Origin: Felis catus
Taxonomy: Eukaryota
Length of the DNA stretch: 64,000 nt
Assembly (NCBI RefSeq): GCF_018350175.1
Contig: NC_058368.1
Location: 164,922,001 to 164,986,000, forward strand
Reading direction: 5' to 3'
Part shown: in pieces, positions 37,886-51,955 of the stretch
Layout: each line of letters starts with the position of its first letter
Position numbering within the stretch: position 1 is the first letter of the stretch
Notes under the pieces: generated by a model
Databases searched by the model: none
Told to the model about the DNA's origin: nothing
The model's input: the letters and a program-made list of their open reading frames with translations, nothing else
Made by a program: the position numbers and the translations under genes

Positions 37886-38911
37886 AGTTTCTAATAATTA
37901 AATAAGTGTAGTACTGACACATAAGCTTACAGGGGCCAATGAAACATTATAAAGACCACAGATAAATTCAGTCACATAAGTTAACTTAGCATATGATTTG
38001 ACATGGCATCTCAGATCAGTAGTAAAAGATGACCTATTTATTATATTGTGCTTTGACAAATGGACAGACAGCTGGACAGAAAAAAAATCAAGATTAATAT
38101 ATGACTCGCACTATAGGCTAAGGCAAGTTACAAATGGATCAAAGATTTAATCTAATAAGGAAGATCTTTCTATGTTTCTAAATCCCACATCCATTTAAAA
38201 GATGATAAGTATCACCACATTTTATAAGTTTATATAACAGAGATGTTCAAACAAATTCAAAACATAATAACAAACTGTGAAAATGTTTTCACTTACTATC
38301 AAATACAAAGTACCATTCTCTCTAATATATAAAGAATGCCTACAAATTTATAAGAAAATAATCAGAAATAGTGGAACCTTTGACTAGTAAGTTTACAGAA
38401 AAGGAAAGAAAAATGATCTTAAACATATGGCAAGTTGCTTAAACTTAACTCTAATAAGAGAAAAACATATTGGAACAATGCTCGAATGCCTTTTTTTAAA
38501 AATGACATGATTAGAAGATTCTAAGTTGTGTCAATTCTGTACCTGTGGAAAGACTGATACTTTCACACATTATTAGTACAACTTCTGTGTTTTACTAATT
38601 ACCAGTGCACGTACATTTAACCCAGATATTCTACTTCTACACGTTTATTCTATACATACACATGTACCAAATGGTGATGTGTACAAAGCTATTTATTGTC
38701 CATTGTATGTACTAGCAAAAGCTTGGAAATACCATAATTGCCCAGTACGTCCATGATAGAAAAAGTAACATAGCTATACGAAAGAATGAGGAAGCTCTGT
38801 ATCCTGATATAGAATAATCTGCCATACATATAGTTTAATGAAAAAAGGAAATACCTGAAGTACGTGCCACCGATTGTCTAAAAGGGTTGCAATAAAAAAA
38901 AACTTATTCAT

Positions 38912-39112
38912 GAGCCTGGGTGGCTCAATCAGTTGAGTGTCTGACTTTGGCTGAAGTCACGATCTCATAGTTCTTTGGTTCGAGCCCCACATTGTGCTCT
39001 GTGCTGACAGTTCTGTAGCCTGCTTCAGATTTTGTGTCTCCCTCTCTCTCTGTCCCCCACCCCCTGCTCACACTCTGTCCCTCTCTTTCTCGAAAATAAA
39101 TAAACATTTAAA
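38912..39112 (+). mobile_element. CanSINE
   Basis: Head GAGCCTGGGTGGCTC, CT segment, A-tail. Confidence 0.93.
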
Positions 39113-39324
39113 AAATAGTTATTCACATTTGCTTTTATATAAAACCATTCTGGGAGAATATCTAAGAACCTAGTGGCAGTACCACCTGAGGTCAGACATG
39201 GAGGGGAAAGTCAGTAACTAAGCAGATAGAGTAAGAACAAAAGGGAAGTGTTTTTGGTTATATGATTTTGTATATTTTTTTGATATTTACACTATGGGAA
39301 CAGCTTATCTATTAAAAATCAATA

Positions 39325-39578
39325 ATCTATATAGATAATAGATATATTATATATAGTTAATATATATTATATATAATTAATATATTAACTATACATATTA
39401 TAGTTAATATATATTATATATATAGTTAATATATATATTATATGTATAGTTAATATATATTATATATAGTACATATGTATAGTATAGTCAATATATATTA
39501 TATATATAGTTGATATATATATATTATATAGTTAATATATATATTACATATATAGTACATATATATATATATAGTACA
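39325..39578. repeat. AT-rich minisatellite (unit ~TATATAGTTAATATATAT)
   Basis: Recurring atagttaatatatatta units of about 18-22 bp. Confidence 0.85.
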
Positions 39579-40829
39579 TGGTAATTTCAAATGGAAGTCA
39601 TTAATTGATATACTTACCATTATTTTATTTCCTTAGAATTCTTCCTTTTCAGAGCACTTGGTATGGTCATTTTTTATGGGTCACTGTTTAGGAAATGGGA
39701 AGTAGAATACCTGAATTTACAAGAGGTATTGCCTTGATTAACTTAAGCAAGCCATCTCACCTTCTAGAACCTCAGTTTTCTGGTCTATACATAGAAGGAG
39801 AATTTCCAAAGACTTATCCAGCTTTTAATTTCCATAAATATAGTCAAGTAAAATAAATTGAGTCTTAATCTTTCTAAGCATCAGCTTCCATGACATAGAA
39901 CCCACTTAGTATAGGAAATGCAAGTGATGGTGGATGGGCTCTAATTCTAGAACAGCTCACCAACATTCTTTATATAAGATTCATGGTACCAGTCAATACT
40001 GATGACATTTTTTCTTCATAAAAGTCGAGTGAAAATCATTTAACATTAAATCCAGTTATTTTTACTGTTTTAATCAAAGTGTATCACTGTGTTGGGAATA
40101 TGTAAAAAAAAGAATAGTGATGTTGAAAATTACCTTTCAGAAGCTTCTGAATTGGTAAAAGGCAATATTTTTATTTATGCATAATTTTTCATAATTGATA
40201 TTGATATCTTTTCTCCATGAGTTATCTTTGTGTTTGTTTTCTTTTTTTTCCTGTATTTCACTGGACTGTTGAATGAGATAGTATCGTGCACTGATGATCA
40301 CTCACTGATTGCTCATCAACTCTTGGGTGTAGTCAACATGCAGTAACAATCCTTCTCCCCCATTATGAGTCTTAAAGACAATTATTCTGGAATAATTTAA
40401 TTTACAACTAGAAAGTGCCACTGAGAGTATGTAATGTTAAGAGTTCCAATAAGATGGAGAGTTTAGTGTGCTGTTCACATTTGCCCTCTTTGCTACTTAA
40501 ATCCGGAATTCTTCAGACCAGTGAATCAGAACAAAGAAACAAACTGAGAAGTAAACAGATGCCTGTCAGAACTGTCGTGTTGTTTTCATGAGTTTGATCT
40601 TGTTAGAAAGTTTGACAATAAAAGACTGAAATACATTGAAAACCAGATAAATCTGACAAATCAGTGAAGTCACAAATTAAAGAGGATTTTTTTGATTATA
40701 TAGCTGTTATGCAGGTTAATAACTCAGGATTTTTAGGAACATTGTTCCTTTAAAAAAATAGAAATCTCAATGATTACTTATAAAAAGTCTTTTAATAACA
40801 TATATTTAGGTAGAGCTATTATTTTGAGC

Positions 40830-41110
40830 TAATGCAGGGTCATAATTAAGATCTGAGATTTGAACATCACTGATACCTGTTTTTTGTTTTGATTTTTGAT
40901 ACCCTATCTGCTATTTACTAACTATGTATTTGATCTTAAGGAATCCCCCCCCCCCACCCCACACAGTTCTTAGTTTCCTTATCTGTGGAATGAAGATGAT
41001 AATTTGTGATAACTAATGTTATCCAAATAGTTAAACAATATAATACAGTTTAAATGATTTATAGTGTGCCTGGCACACATTAAGTAGCATATAAAATGTA
41101 GTTACTACTA
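40830..41110 (+). mobile_element. MIR relic
   Basis: ttagtttccttatctgtggaatgaagatgataat...gtgcctggcacacattaagt. Confidence 0.65.
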
Positions 41111-42217
41111 TTTTTGGACATTTTATTAAATTGTTGTTGAATCAGCCTCCATCCTGACAAATTTTTACACAAAGGGTCTATAAGTACTTACAAATAACAT
41201 GTAGCCAACATTACTTCTCTTTTCTTTACAAATGATAAAAATTGCCATGTGCTGTCACTGGTCCATCTTTTGTTTTGGTTTTTTTTCCAATTGTAAGAGC
41301 ACATTGATAAAAGGTGAGATTAATTTTTACTATACAAGTTAAAATTAGACAATATGTATCAACTTGGAAACTACTGTGAGGCCATCATCATGGTGGATTG
41401 TTTTTGCTGCCATGTCAATTATGGGTGGCAGGCACCAGATGGTTCCTTAGTCATCTGATAGAATTAATGAGCCTGCTCAGTGGCCTCACTCACTACTAGT
41501 GATGTTTTAGATTCCATGGGAAGAATTTAATTGAATGATATCCTTTAGAGTACCAACAACATTTTTCAAGGAAAGGGTTCTTAAATAGTGATTCATGAGT
41601 CAGCCTGCCTCAGGCTAATCAATCATTATTTAGAGTTAAAAAAGAATCACTTTCAAAGTTTAATTTCATCTTCAAAATCATCCTTTGACATAAGAACCAT
41701 TAATAATTATGAAAGTAGTAATAAAATTAATTCTAATAAAATAATAGTTCATTATTTCTGTGTATTTACTATACTCCAAGAATTATACTAAGTGATTTCC
41801 ATTATCTTATTTATTTATCCCTCAAAAGAAATAAAACCACTATGGAATAGACATATTCCCGCTTGTTAGGTAGAGAAACTGAGGCTAAAGAGTGATGTGA
41901 TTTCTTCAAAGTCACCCAAATAAACTGAGCTGGTTTAAACAAATTCATTTCTTGTGAAGTCCCATTTACTGAGTTCCCTAAGTATGCCAAACTTTGCATT
42001 TGGCTCTGGGAATAGAGAGCTAGATAAGAGGAACATCTTGACCCTCAACATGTAGTTTTCATGTCCTCTTCAATGGAACAGGGCAAGGCAGGCTAAATGA
42101 GAAATTCAAGCCATAACATCATCAACACCTTTTTTGGAAGGTAAGTGGGTTGCTTATGACTGTAATTCATAGTATTTAGTGACTTGTGCATTGAATATTT
42201 GATCAAGCTATATTCTT

Positions 42218-42453
42218 TTTTTTTTTTTAACTTTTTTTTTTTTTCTCCAACGTTTATTTATTTTTTTTGGGACAGAGAGAGACAGAGCATGAACGGGGGA
42301 GGGGCAGAGAGAGAGGGAGACACAGAATCAGAAACAGGCTCCAGGCTCTGAGCCATCAGCCCAGAGCCCGACGCGGGGCTCGAACTCACGGACCGCGAGA
42401 TCGTGACCTGGCTGAAGTCAGACGCTTAACCGACTGCGCCACCCAGGCGCCCC
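42218..42453 (-). mobile_element. Very young felid CanSINE
   Basis: Perfect 17-bp TSD gatcaagctatattctt, CpGs retained, intact A box TGGCGCAGTCGG and B box GAGTTCGAGCC. Confidence 0.98.
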
Positions 42454-42933
42454 GATCAAGCTATATTCTTAACAGCAGTAATGATTAGTTGTATCCCACA
42501 ACTAGAATCACACCTGACAAATGATAAGATGATCAGTACAGAGTTGTTGAATGATAGAACAAATGAATAATCTACTCTACATTGAACCTGCACTAAGGAG
42601 GCTCCTGGACCCTCAGGGCACAAAGTCTTTCAACTTTTGGTAGGGTTTCAAGAGCAACCTAATGCCATTTCTTCTATCATATAATCACTTCAATATATTG
42701 TTGGCCTTTCCTCTTGCAGGCATGTCTGCCTGATGACTGATCTAAATGGCATCCTCTGTACATTTAAAGAATTTTCCCAGCAGGTCTTTTTGACTCCATT
42801 ATCTCTGTTTTGTATGAAATAAAAGCTACTCATTGTTTCCCTGGTTTTTGAGGCCCTGCTTTTTTTAAGGCTAATGGTAAGCCCTGGTAAGAATGACAGA
42901 CATGGTTTCAAAATCTCACTGGTCTCATAATCT

Positions 42934-43043
42934 TTTTTTTTTTTTTTTTTTTTTTAAAGTAAGCTCTATGCCCAACGTGGGGCTTGAACTCAGGACCTTG
43001 AGATCAGGAGTCATATGCACTGACTGTTCCAGCCAGGCACCCC
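42934..43043 (-). mobile_element. Short CanSINE
   Basis: TSD actggtctcataatct/actggtctcatattct and a long T-tail. Confidence 0.92.
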
Positions 43044-46000
43044 ACTGGTCTCATATTCTAATGAGAAAGACAGATATATACTGGGAAGGGATAAATGCAG
43101 GTTTGTTTTATGGGAAAATATAATAAAACAAATTAAATTGATCAGACAATCTAGAAACAGTGTCCCCTAAAAGATTCAATATTCTATACTTGATCTGTCT
43201 TTTAAAAAAGAACATGTTTTATTGTGCTTATAAAAGTTATAAACATTAAGGTGGTCATGGGAAAGGTACCTATGAAGATACCTCCTTTGGCCCTCATCAA
43301 AGGCCAAATACAAAAAGATCTCTATTCTTAATGTAAATTGGTAAAAATGGGGCATTGATATCCACAGCCTTTTATTCATGAATACTTATAAAGATGAGAT
43401 GAAGCCAAATAATGCTGCTGGTGGTGAGAATAATGATGCTGCTGCTGCTTATATGCTGGTTATATCCTAAATTCACTAGCAAATATTTATTGCTGATGTA
43501 CTTTGTGTTAGATATGGCACTGAAAGTTGACTTGCTCTTGGTCCTCATAGGCTTAATAGTCTAGCAGAGCACAAATCTATTGACAAATAATAATCGATCT
43601 GGAGAATGAGTGAGAGCATCTCTGAGGAGGAAGTAGCAGATACCTGAAGCAATATTAAGTCAAACTAAAAACATTTCTCATGGAAGAAATAGTGTGCACA
43701 AAGCTTTTTGGCTGGAAGGAAATAGGTAGGCTGTACAATGGGGAAAATGACTAAGAGTGCTCTTAATTCCTAAAAACAGCAATAATGCCCAAAATAATTT
43801 ATATAAATCTTCTATTCATTTCTATCTGGCATGATTCATTTATTTTTATATAATTTTTGTGAAGTTAATAAGGATTCTCAAATGGCATCACTCTGACTAA
43901 AGGTGTCTCACAAGATTACACTGAAATTCTATTATGAAAAAATTCTTTTATATCTCAACTTTAATTGGCCTCTGGATCTTGAGATTCCGTGACTCTAATT
44001 TATTCCAATGTTATTATAACCTGAAAGAAAGTAGTGATAATATTATAGATAATGAACTCTGAACTTCAAAATATATTGGATATTACTTAAAGGTCCAATA
44101 AAAAGGCATAATTTATTATAGTATGTCTATATTCATTTAAGTAATGTATACCTTTACAGGATGATTTTCCACAAAAATTAGTTTTTCTCTAGTTGTATAC
44201 TCACATTTTATATGACAAGCAACTCTATTAGACTATCAAGCTTTCAACTAGAATAGCATTGAAAAAAATCTGAACAGAATGCAAAATGGAGAAAAACCAT
44301 CTTTGTGACAGCTAAAACATAGGGTTTTCACAAGAACATTTTTGGTATTGATTCTTGAAAGCAAAAATCATTTCCACAATGGGCAGATTCTATTGGCTAA
44401 AGCAGTTAACATCTTTCTTTTCTTCTCATTGCCAGAGTCTATCAGAATAGTTTAATATGAGGAGAAAAGATCTCAAAGAGACAAAAATTGAAGAAAACTG
44501 AAATTGCTTGAGCTCGTTAAACGTGTGGGTTTTTTTTTTTCCAGTGCTGTTAGAGGCTTTTTTTTTTCTCATTTAATCTCAAATTACTACATAAAGCATT
44601 TGACATTTGCATACTGTCTTTCCCTCAAAGATTTTAAGTTGTTAAAAGAAAAACCAAATGTATATGGATATTCTAAGAACAGAGGCCTTTAACAAATCAC
44701 TAACACTGTTAAAAAACTGTAGTGCAATAATATGCAGAGGGCAGGCTGACTTGCAGGAGACATTTTTAGAAGACTGAATGGGAAGAAGAGATATCAACAT
44801 GGAGGAGAGGTGACTTGATAGACACGAAAGACTTGGTAGAGATACCAAAAAAATTAAAAAAAACAACAACTTGTTATATCAGAACCAGAGAAGATTTTGC
44901 ATAAGATCTTTGGATTTTGAAAACATTTGAAGTTGAGCAGGGAAGGGGTGTGAAACTCACGAGAGGAGCTGAGGGTGCTGTGAGCATCAGTACACATTCA
45001 ACTTGGTGAAAAAATGGGGCCACTATCTCTAAGGCAACAAAAGCAAGACATGGCTTTTGGGACATGGTTTGGGGACATGGCACCATGTGAAGAGGGAAAG
45101 TAGAATTACCTGGAATGCCATTATCAACTTCAAAGTAAATATATAACTGTGTTAATTGAATTATGGCTATGGTTTGTGATCCACACGCATAACAGTTGGT
45201 TCTTCCCTGGGTAATGACAAACACTGGAATCATCAGTATGCAAGACTCATTTTATGTTTTGTCGTTCCTGGAAGCTATAGAAAGAAAAGCTACTTTCAGT
45301 CTCCCAGAAGGAAATAGCGTATAATTTGGACTAAAATAGATCAAGGTAAAAATCTCATCTTTATCTAACTTCTGCAGATCATAAAACCTCTCAGTTTCCT
45401 CATCTCTGCTATGGAAATATGTATCCTCATACACACCAGTTAATGAGGTCAAGAATAGAAAAGAGCTAAGGGGAATATCACTCCTATTAAATGTCAACCG
45501 TATCTTTCCTTCCCCTTTTTTTTCCGTTTCATTTCCACTGGGTCATTTAGATTCCCATCTCTTCACCCTTAGATTACAGCAAGTTACAATCTCTGTGCTT
45601 CCTGGTTATCTCTCTGAACGGTTTTGAACTGTGTTCATAACCAGCATATGCAAAATCAACCTCGTTTTGTTCTAAGTTCATTAAGCTACAGTGACTTCCT
45701 CAGTGAGTTAAACTACTCTGTATAGCTTGCAAAGCCTTCAGTACACTTGTTTCCTATGTTCCCAAACATTTTTATTTCTAATTGTTAAGTCACATGAATC
45801 GCAGCCATCTCTTTCTCTGTTATCCACATTGTCTTTACCATCTCCTCTGTCATCTTCTCGATGATTTCACATTTTCAAAAATTTTTGAGGCTCAATTCAA
45901 GATCTGGTTCTCCATTGAAACTGTATTTGAGTGTCTAGGCTCAAATGATTTCCTCTAACTTTGATCTTATTACATTTAAACTCAAAACCATAAAATGATA

Positions 46001-47242
46001 TTTACCCATTTTAAAAATGGGGGTTAGCTTGTCACCACAAATAGATTTTAAATTCCCAGAAACATGGACTTAATTTTTTTTTTTTTATCCATTATAGAGC
46101 CTAGCAGAGTTCTGAGTGTATGACCACCAATTCAATAAATACAGATTGGTTATATCTGAAGGTTTCAGATAGCTTTCTTAATATTAAAACTGGATTGCCC
46201 TTGAAAGGCTGTTCAGCAGTAGGTTCTGATTAAAATAGTCTGTTCATTTACAACAAGGGGAGGTTTCCAGCTGATAGATTTTATTACCTGTTATTTAGAC
46301 AATGCAAACACTGTAACAGAGAGCATCTTGTAAACAAAATTTGCCTTGACTATTGGGCATAACCAACTTTAACTGCTACTTTCAATCTCCCCTAAAGGCT
46401 CAGAGGGGAACTGAAATGTGAAGTGTTTAGCAGGGAGATGGACCAAAAATCCAGTTAGAGCAGAAAATAACTTGAGTTAAAAAGAGAAACACAGAAACCA
46501 TGCCAGCTATAGGAATTATCTGCCCTGTGTCCCTTCACATTTTCCATTTAGCCATGTTTTCATGCCACACATTTTTGTGCCTTTTTAATACTCAAAAGTG
46601 TAAATGTAGCTTGCTTAAAAGCGAGGCTTAAACATTTTAGTTTTCCATTGATTTAATCCGTTTCTAGTTCTTATCATTTGGATAATCTAAGCCTGCCCAC
46701 CTCCTTCCTTTCTCCTATCATCTGATTTAATCATAACTTCAGATCATAATTTATAGGTTGAGATTAAACAAATTTTATAAAGGATGGCAAGAGTCAATGA
46801 AATTCACAAAGTGAAAAGCTCTCCTCCAAAGGTGAGCTAGACTGTCACTGGTGACTCACGACATAAGTTGCTCTTTTCTTTTTTTTCCAAATTATAAGAA
46901 AAAGCAGTAAGAGATGGGCTAACAGAGCCATGACTAGACAAGTTGGAGATGTTACTCTGCACATTGAAAAGGAGAACTGCCAGATATATCTTATGGATCA
47001 CCTAGAATTTTAAAGTAACAGAATTATAGAGTTGGAGTCAGCTTCAGAAATAATCATTATTGAAAGTTTTAAATAATACTGTGTATATTACTTAAATTAA
47101 TTAGGACTTAAGACTTAGTTTTTATGAGATATGGATAACTATATCTGCCTTTTGATCTTTATAATAATTGAGATAATTGAGAAAGTGATTTGTGAATTAC
47201 AATGCAAGTTTTATAAATGAATTTTAAAAAAATGAAGTATTG

Positions 47243-47832
47243 TGATTCCTCAAAAGGTTAAACATAGAATTACCATATAAACCATTAATTCCAGTCCTAG
47301 GAATATACACAAAATATCTGGAATATACTGGTATTCAGAGCAGTGTTTATACATATATGTTCATAGCCAAAAGGTAGAAACAAATGTCCCTTAACAGATG
47401 AATGGATAAGCAAAATGAGGCATATCTATACAATGGAATATTATTCAGCCATGCAAATGGAATAAAGTACTCATGCACATTACAGTGTGGATAAAGATGA
47501 CCCTTGAAAGCATTATGCTAAATGAAAAAAGCCAGACACAAAATATTACATATACTCTGATTCTGTTTATGTGAAGTATTCAGAATAGGCAAATTCAAAG
47601 AGGAACAAGACAGATTCATGGTTGCAAGGAGCTTTTGGGAGATAAGCATGTTTTATCCTTTACCCTTGCTTTAAAAGGTATGGGGACTCCATTGTGGATA
47701 CTACAATGTTTTAGAATGAGACAGGGATGATGCTGCAACATTGTGAATTACTAAATGCCACTGTATTGTGTACTTTAAAAGGGTTAATTTTATGTTCTGT
47801 GGATTTCACCTCAAAAAAAAAAAGGAAAAAAA
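47243..47832 (+). mobile_element. Old L1 (L1MB-type) 3' end
   Basis: ttcctcaaaaggttaaacatagaattaccatat...gtactttaaaagggttaattttatg...poly(A). Confidence 0.85.
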
Positions 47833-49342
47833 GATACCAGAGTTCAAAATATTGCCATCTTACATAGCTCCTGTTGCAACTGATGGCATAATCTAGTTAA
47901 GTCCTCTAATTTTTAGTTGTACCCTCACCCGTTTTCTCTTCCCACTCCATATTAATCCCACTAATATAAGTAGTAACTCAGAGATCTATCCAACAATAAT
48001 ATCTGCTTTTATTTTTAAGCATGGCCATGTTAATTAGTTAATTTTAAATAAGAAGTAGTGCACATAAATTTAAAGTAAAGATTATAGCTCTCCTGTGGTT
48101 TACATTTGAATGCAGTTCCTGTTGAGTTTGCACATTTTTTGTGGAAAAGCCTACACGCTTCAGTTTGTGTTCAGCATATCCTCCGCAGTAAATTGTTGGC
48201 AGGGAAGAGCTATTTAGCATTAGTCATTTCGCACAGTTTATAACATAATGATTATAATCCAACCCAAAGGACAGAATACTATATTGCCAAGAATGAAAGT
48301 AGGCTCATCTTTATCTGTAATGGAGAAACATGTTCTATTTTAAAAAGAAGCAGAAAAAAAAAGCAACAGTCATGGAAGGTCAAAGTTGGCAAAATCTGTT
48401 ATAGTCTAGCTCAGGAATTACTTTTTGACTGTTGAAACAACTAGTGAATCACCTATGACAAGTCTAATTAAAATAATCTGAGCTATGTAACTGGGTTACT
48501 AAGCAGATGGTAGAACTAAAGATGTGCTGAACTAGCCATAAATAACTGAGACAGGAAAAAGCATGAGGGGGAAGCAGTTTGTGTGAGCATACGTAGTGGC
48601 CAATGTGTTAGCATATGCCTTTAGCATTATACCTTTACAAATACACATCGGGAGATATATGACATTATCCTTGGAAGCTGAACATTTTAGATGCTATAAA
48701 GATAATCCATAAAATGTACCTGAGCCTTATGACATAATAATCTATTGAAGAATGATATAAAAATGAAAGCATATATAAACGAAATAGATAATCAGAAGGT
48801 AACATAAGGGCTCATAGTCCCTATGAGCAGTAAATTGACAGTAGTAATTTGATTATATCATTTCTCATCATGAAGACAATATTCACTGTCATCATGAAAT
48901 CTGTTTCTCTGTGTGCTCAGCCTTCCAACAGAATGGAACTAGACTCTGATTGGAGTTTAAAATGTTAACGGGGGAGACAAGCCTTTACAATTATCCTGTC
49001 TAAACCATGCAATAGTTGGGAACACTGCACAACAAAATTGCACTGCACCGTGTTTACACAACATACATTTCCAGAGGACGTTCCTTGGCCTACACTGTAA
49101 CCAATGACACGCAACCAAATGCAGCACATCAAAGGCTCCCTGGGGAGAAATGGGTGAAGTAGACCTCAGATCTGCTGTGAAACATATTCTCTGGAAACTA
49201 GGGTGTAAATAAATAATGCAGTCAACCTAATCTTCTTCTGTATTGCTCTATTTTTTCCACATGTGTCACAAATAGTAGTGAAGTTTGAATATTAAACTGA
49301 ACCACAGATGTCATCTTCTGAAGGATATCCTGGCAGTCTTAC

Positions 49343-49484
49343 CTAAAGGTAGTGCTGGCTTTGGTGATACGATGCAAAAGCAGCAATGAAAAGTCATGGG
49401 ATTCCAGAGGAATAGTATTCAATGTTTTCTTCTCCTCTCTCATATCCTTCCTGCGTAAACACAGTATGGAACGGGCAACAGAAT
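49343..49484 (-). CDS. Candidate 142-nt exon of an unidentified host gene
   Basis: Acceptor tttgctttctcattgccttag| and donor AG|gtaaga. One frame reads FCCPFHTVFTQEGYERGEENIEYYSSGIP* (stop 49394-49396); another is open throughout (SVARSILCLRRKDMREEKKTLNTIPLESHDFSLLLLHRITKASTTF). Confidence 0.6.
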
Positions 49485-51800
49485 CTAAGGCAATGAGAAA
49501 GCAAATTTTAACTTAACTGTAGGAAGGGGTACCAGCTCTGCTACCTGATGCTTACCTACACAACCACTGGAATCACCTCCATCAAGTTTTCTCGCCTTCA
49601 TTTCCCTTGAACCCCTATTATTCTTTGTCATTATCACATTATCAGTACTCACATCCCATAATTAAATTTTTGTGAATCTGTAAGAACTCATTTTCCAAAG
49701 GAATGAAAGAGAAAATAAAATGCAGTGATGCGCAGTGGCATGGAATTAGCCCCAAACCTACTTGCCCAAAATGTTAGAGCTCTAAGGTGATGTGAAGTTC
49801 TTTAATATCTGCTGATTTATAAATGGACTCCTCTTTTTTTTCCTACTCTTTTCTATTGGATATGTACATTTTCTGTTGATTGTATACTTTTAAAAGTACT
49901 TCCTTCAAGTAACATTTAGTTAGTTTGTTCCTACTTAAAGAATATGTAATAGCTGGCATACATGTTTATTTGATTGCCAGCAAGTTCATTAGTGAACACT
50001 TTTGGGGAAAGTGTGTTTGATTCCTGTTCTGATTAAAAATATGTAGAGAACATCTGAGGTTTGGTTTGGGGAACTGCGCGAATGTCTGGGTGTTATGAGT
50101 GGAAGAATGAGAGTTAGCTAACCATACTTAAGAGTTATTGCAGAAGATTAGGAATAAAAGTTACTTAAAAATTTGAAGTATCATCTGATACCTCATGAAA
50201 ACACTGACATTTAGGAAATAAATAATGATTCTAGAATAAAACAATGATTCCATAATAGTTACAATAAAAATATTTCATTTAAAATTTTTTATTTCTGAAT
50301 AAACTCAGATTTCCAATTGAGGACATTTTTCACTGCTTTTTGGTTGCGCTCTCTCTCTTTCTCAGGTTTTAGGGCCCTTTTGTGTTTTGATGCTGCTTTG
50401 GGGGAAATGGTCTTAATTTTAACTCATCTGAGTGTGCTCTTAAATATTTCCCCGATTGTATAATTATTAATTATCTTTCTTAAGATAATATAGTTTAAAG
50501 AAAGTTTCCATCCACTGTACTAGTGAATACAGCTTTGTGAAAACTGTCTGGCTAATACAGATATTCTTAAGTGGAGTGGAGGGAGGAACAATGGAACAAT
50601 TGGAAATGATAAGAAGTTTCTAAAAGTGAAAACAGAAAATGGACCAACAATGAAATGTAATTTTGGTTTCATGAAGGCTTAAAGAATGATAGCCTTTATG
50701 AGGAATTGATAAAATTAAATTTTAGAGGCAAGGAATGTAGAGGTCTATAGAGGAAGACTTATCCTTTCTGTTAAGACTAAAAATGATAGCTCTACTTAAA
50801 TCTCTTTTGGCACTAGAAAAATCTTGTGAAATTGAGTTTCATATTCCATTGACATGTCAAGATATCTTATTCACCCGAGAAACAGTTTCACCTAAATATA
50901 TGACTTGTTCTGCACCATCACGGGGCTTAATTTAAGCATAGCACTTCTACTTTCAAGGAGCATCATGCTTGTATCAGCTCCATCAGGGTTACAAGGCAAG
51001 TGGAGAATTGAGGCCATCAATTTTAAAGCCATAGAGTTGAAAAGTCTAGTTTTTAGAAAGTGACTTAAAACGTCTTGTATGGGCTGTATTTATTGGTTTG
51101 GTGCCACAGAATAATGAAATTTATGGAAGAATTACTTTGTCTGAATTTACGACTAAATTGGTAAGCTTAACTTGTCATTCATTTACAGAAAGATCTCATG
51201 TGAGAGTTCAGTATTAGAAAAGACAGAGGTCATTTAAAAATGCATCTAAAGGTTACTAATTCTAAGCTCTCCCTTTTATATAGTAAGGGTGGGTACAGTC
51301 CATGTTTTAAGTAGTGATAGAAGAAAAATGAATATATAAATAAATTTTTAAGAGTAAAAATAAGAAAAAAAGCAAGGCTCTAATGAAAGGTAACATTTTG
51401 CTTTCAAAATGAAGCTAGTTTGCTTTTATTGAAATCTCACATTCAACTAAAGGAAACTGAAAGATCCAAATCACCAGTACTGAACCACAGCAACTCTCGG
51501 AAAGGATCACACAAATACACTTTCAGGGATATTTTAATTAATAAGTGAATTCACTTGGGTGACTTTGTCTCTGTGTCAAATATTTAGGTGAGAAAATGCA
51601 GCTGATTATACCCTGACAATTACTGTGGCCAGGGAAATGTTACTGCATTCTTCAATTTATGGTACTGAAGAGCATCCAGAAGGCAATATGAATAATCAGT
51701 AGATGGTATTAAAGGAGTAACTGCTAATGGACTTTCTGTTGAGGGAAAAATTATACAGGGCTAATATCTTTACAATTGAAATATGAAGCAATCTGTTTTC

Positions 51801-51955
51801 TTTTTTTGAGAGGCAAATAGACTTGTATTTTATTTAGGCCATTGTATTTAGGTTATTTCATATAGCAACCTTAGCTTATACCCTAATATACCATCTTTAC
51901 CTCTAACTTACAGTCGACCTCTAGCGAGACTCGGACCTATAGTTCATCTTAACCA
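51801..51955 (-). mobile_element. Orphan L1-mediated insertion of a polyadenylated non-LINE/SINE RNA end
   Basis: Perfect 16-bp TSD gaagcaatctgttttc (51785-51800 / 51956-51971), T-run at 51801-51807, AATAAA about 20 nt upstream of the tail on the minus strand. Confidence 0.85.

Larger units (their letters stand above)
34420..38900 (+). mobile_element. Ancient, heavily decayed L1 (L1ME-like) ORF2/3' relic split by younger insertions
   Basis: A-rich ORF2-like remnants (tacctggaaaacccaagagaatt; aaatggatcaaagattta) on both sides of the 35815-37885 L1. Confidence 0.55.

Noticed and set aside
44874..45233. 119-aa ORF
   Set aside because: No convincing splice sites or recognisable domain; it lies among decayed L2/MIR-like sequence.
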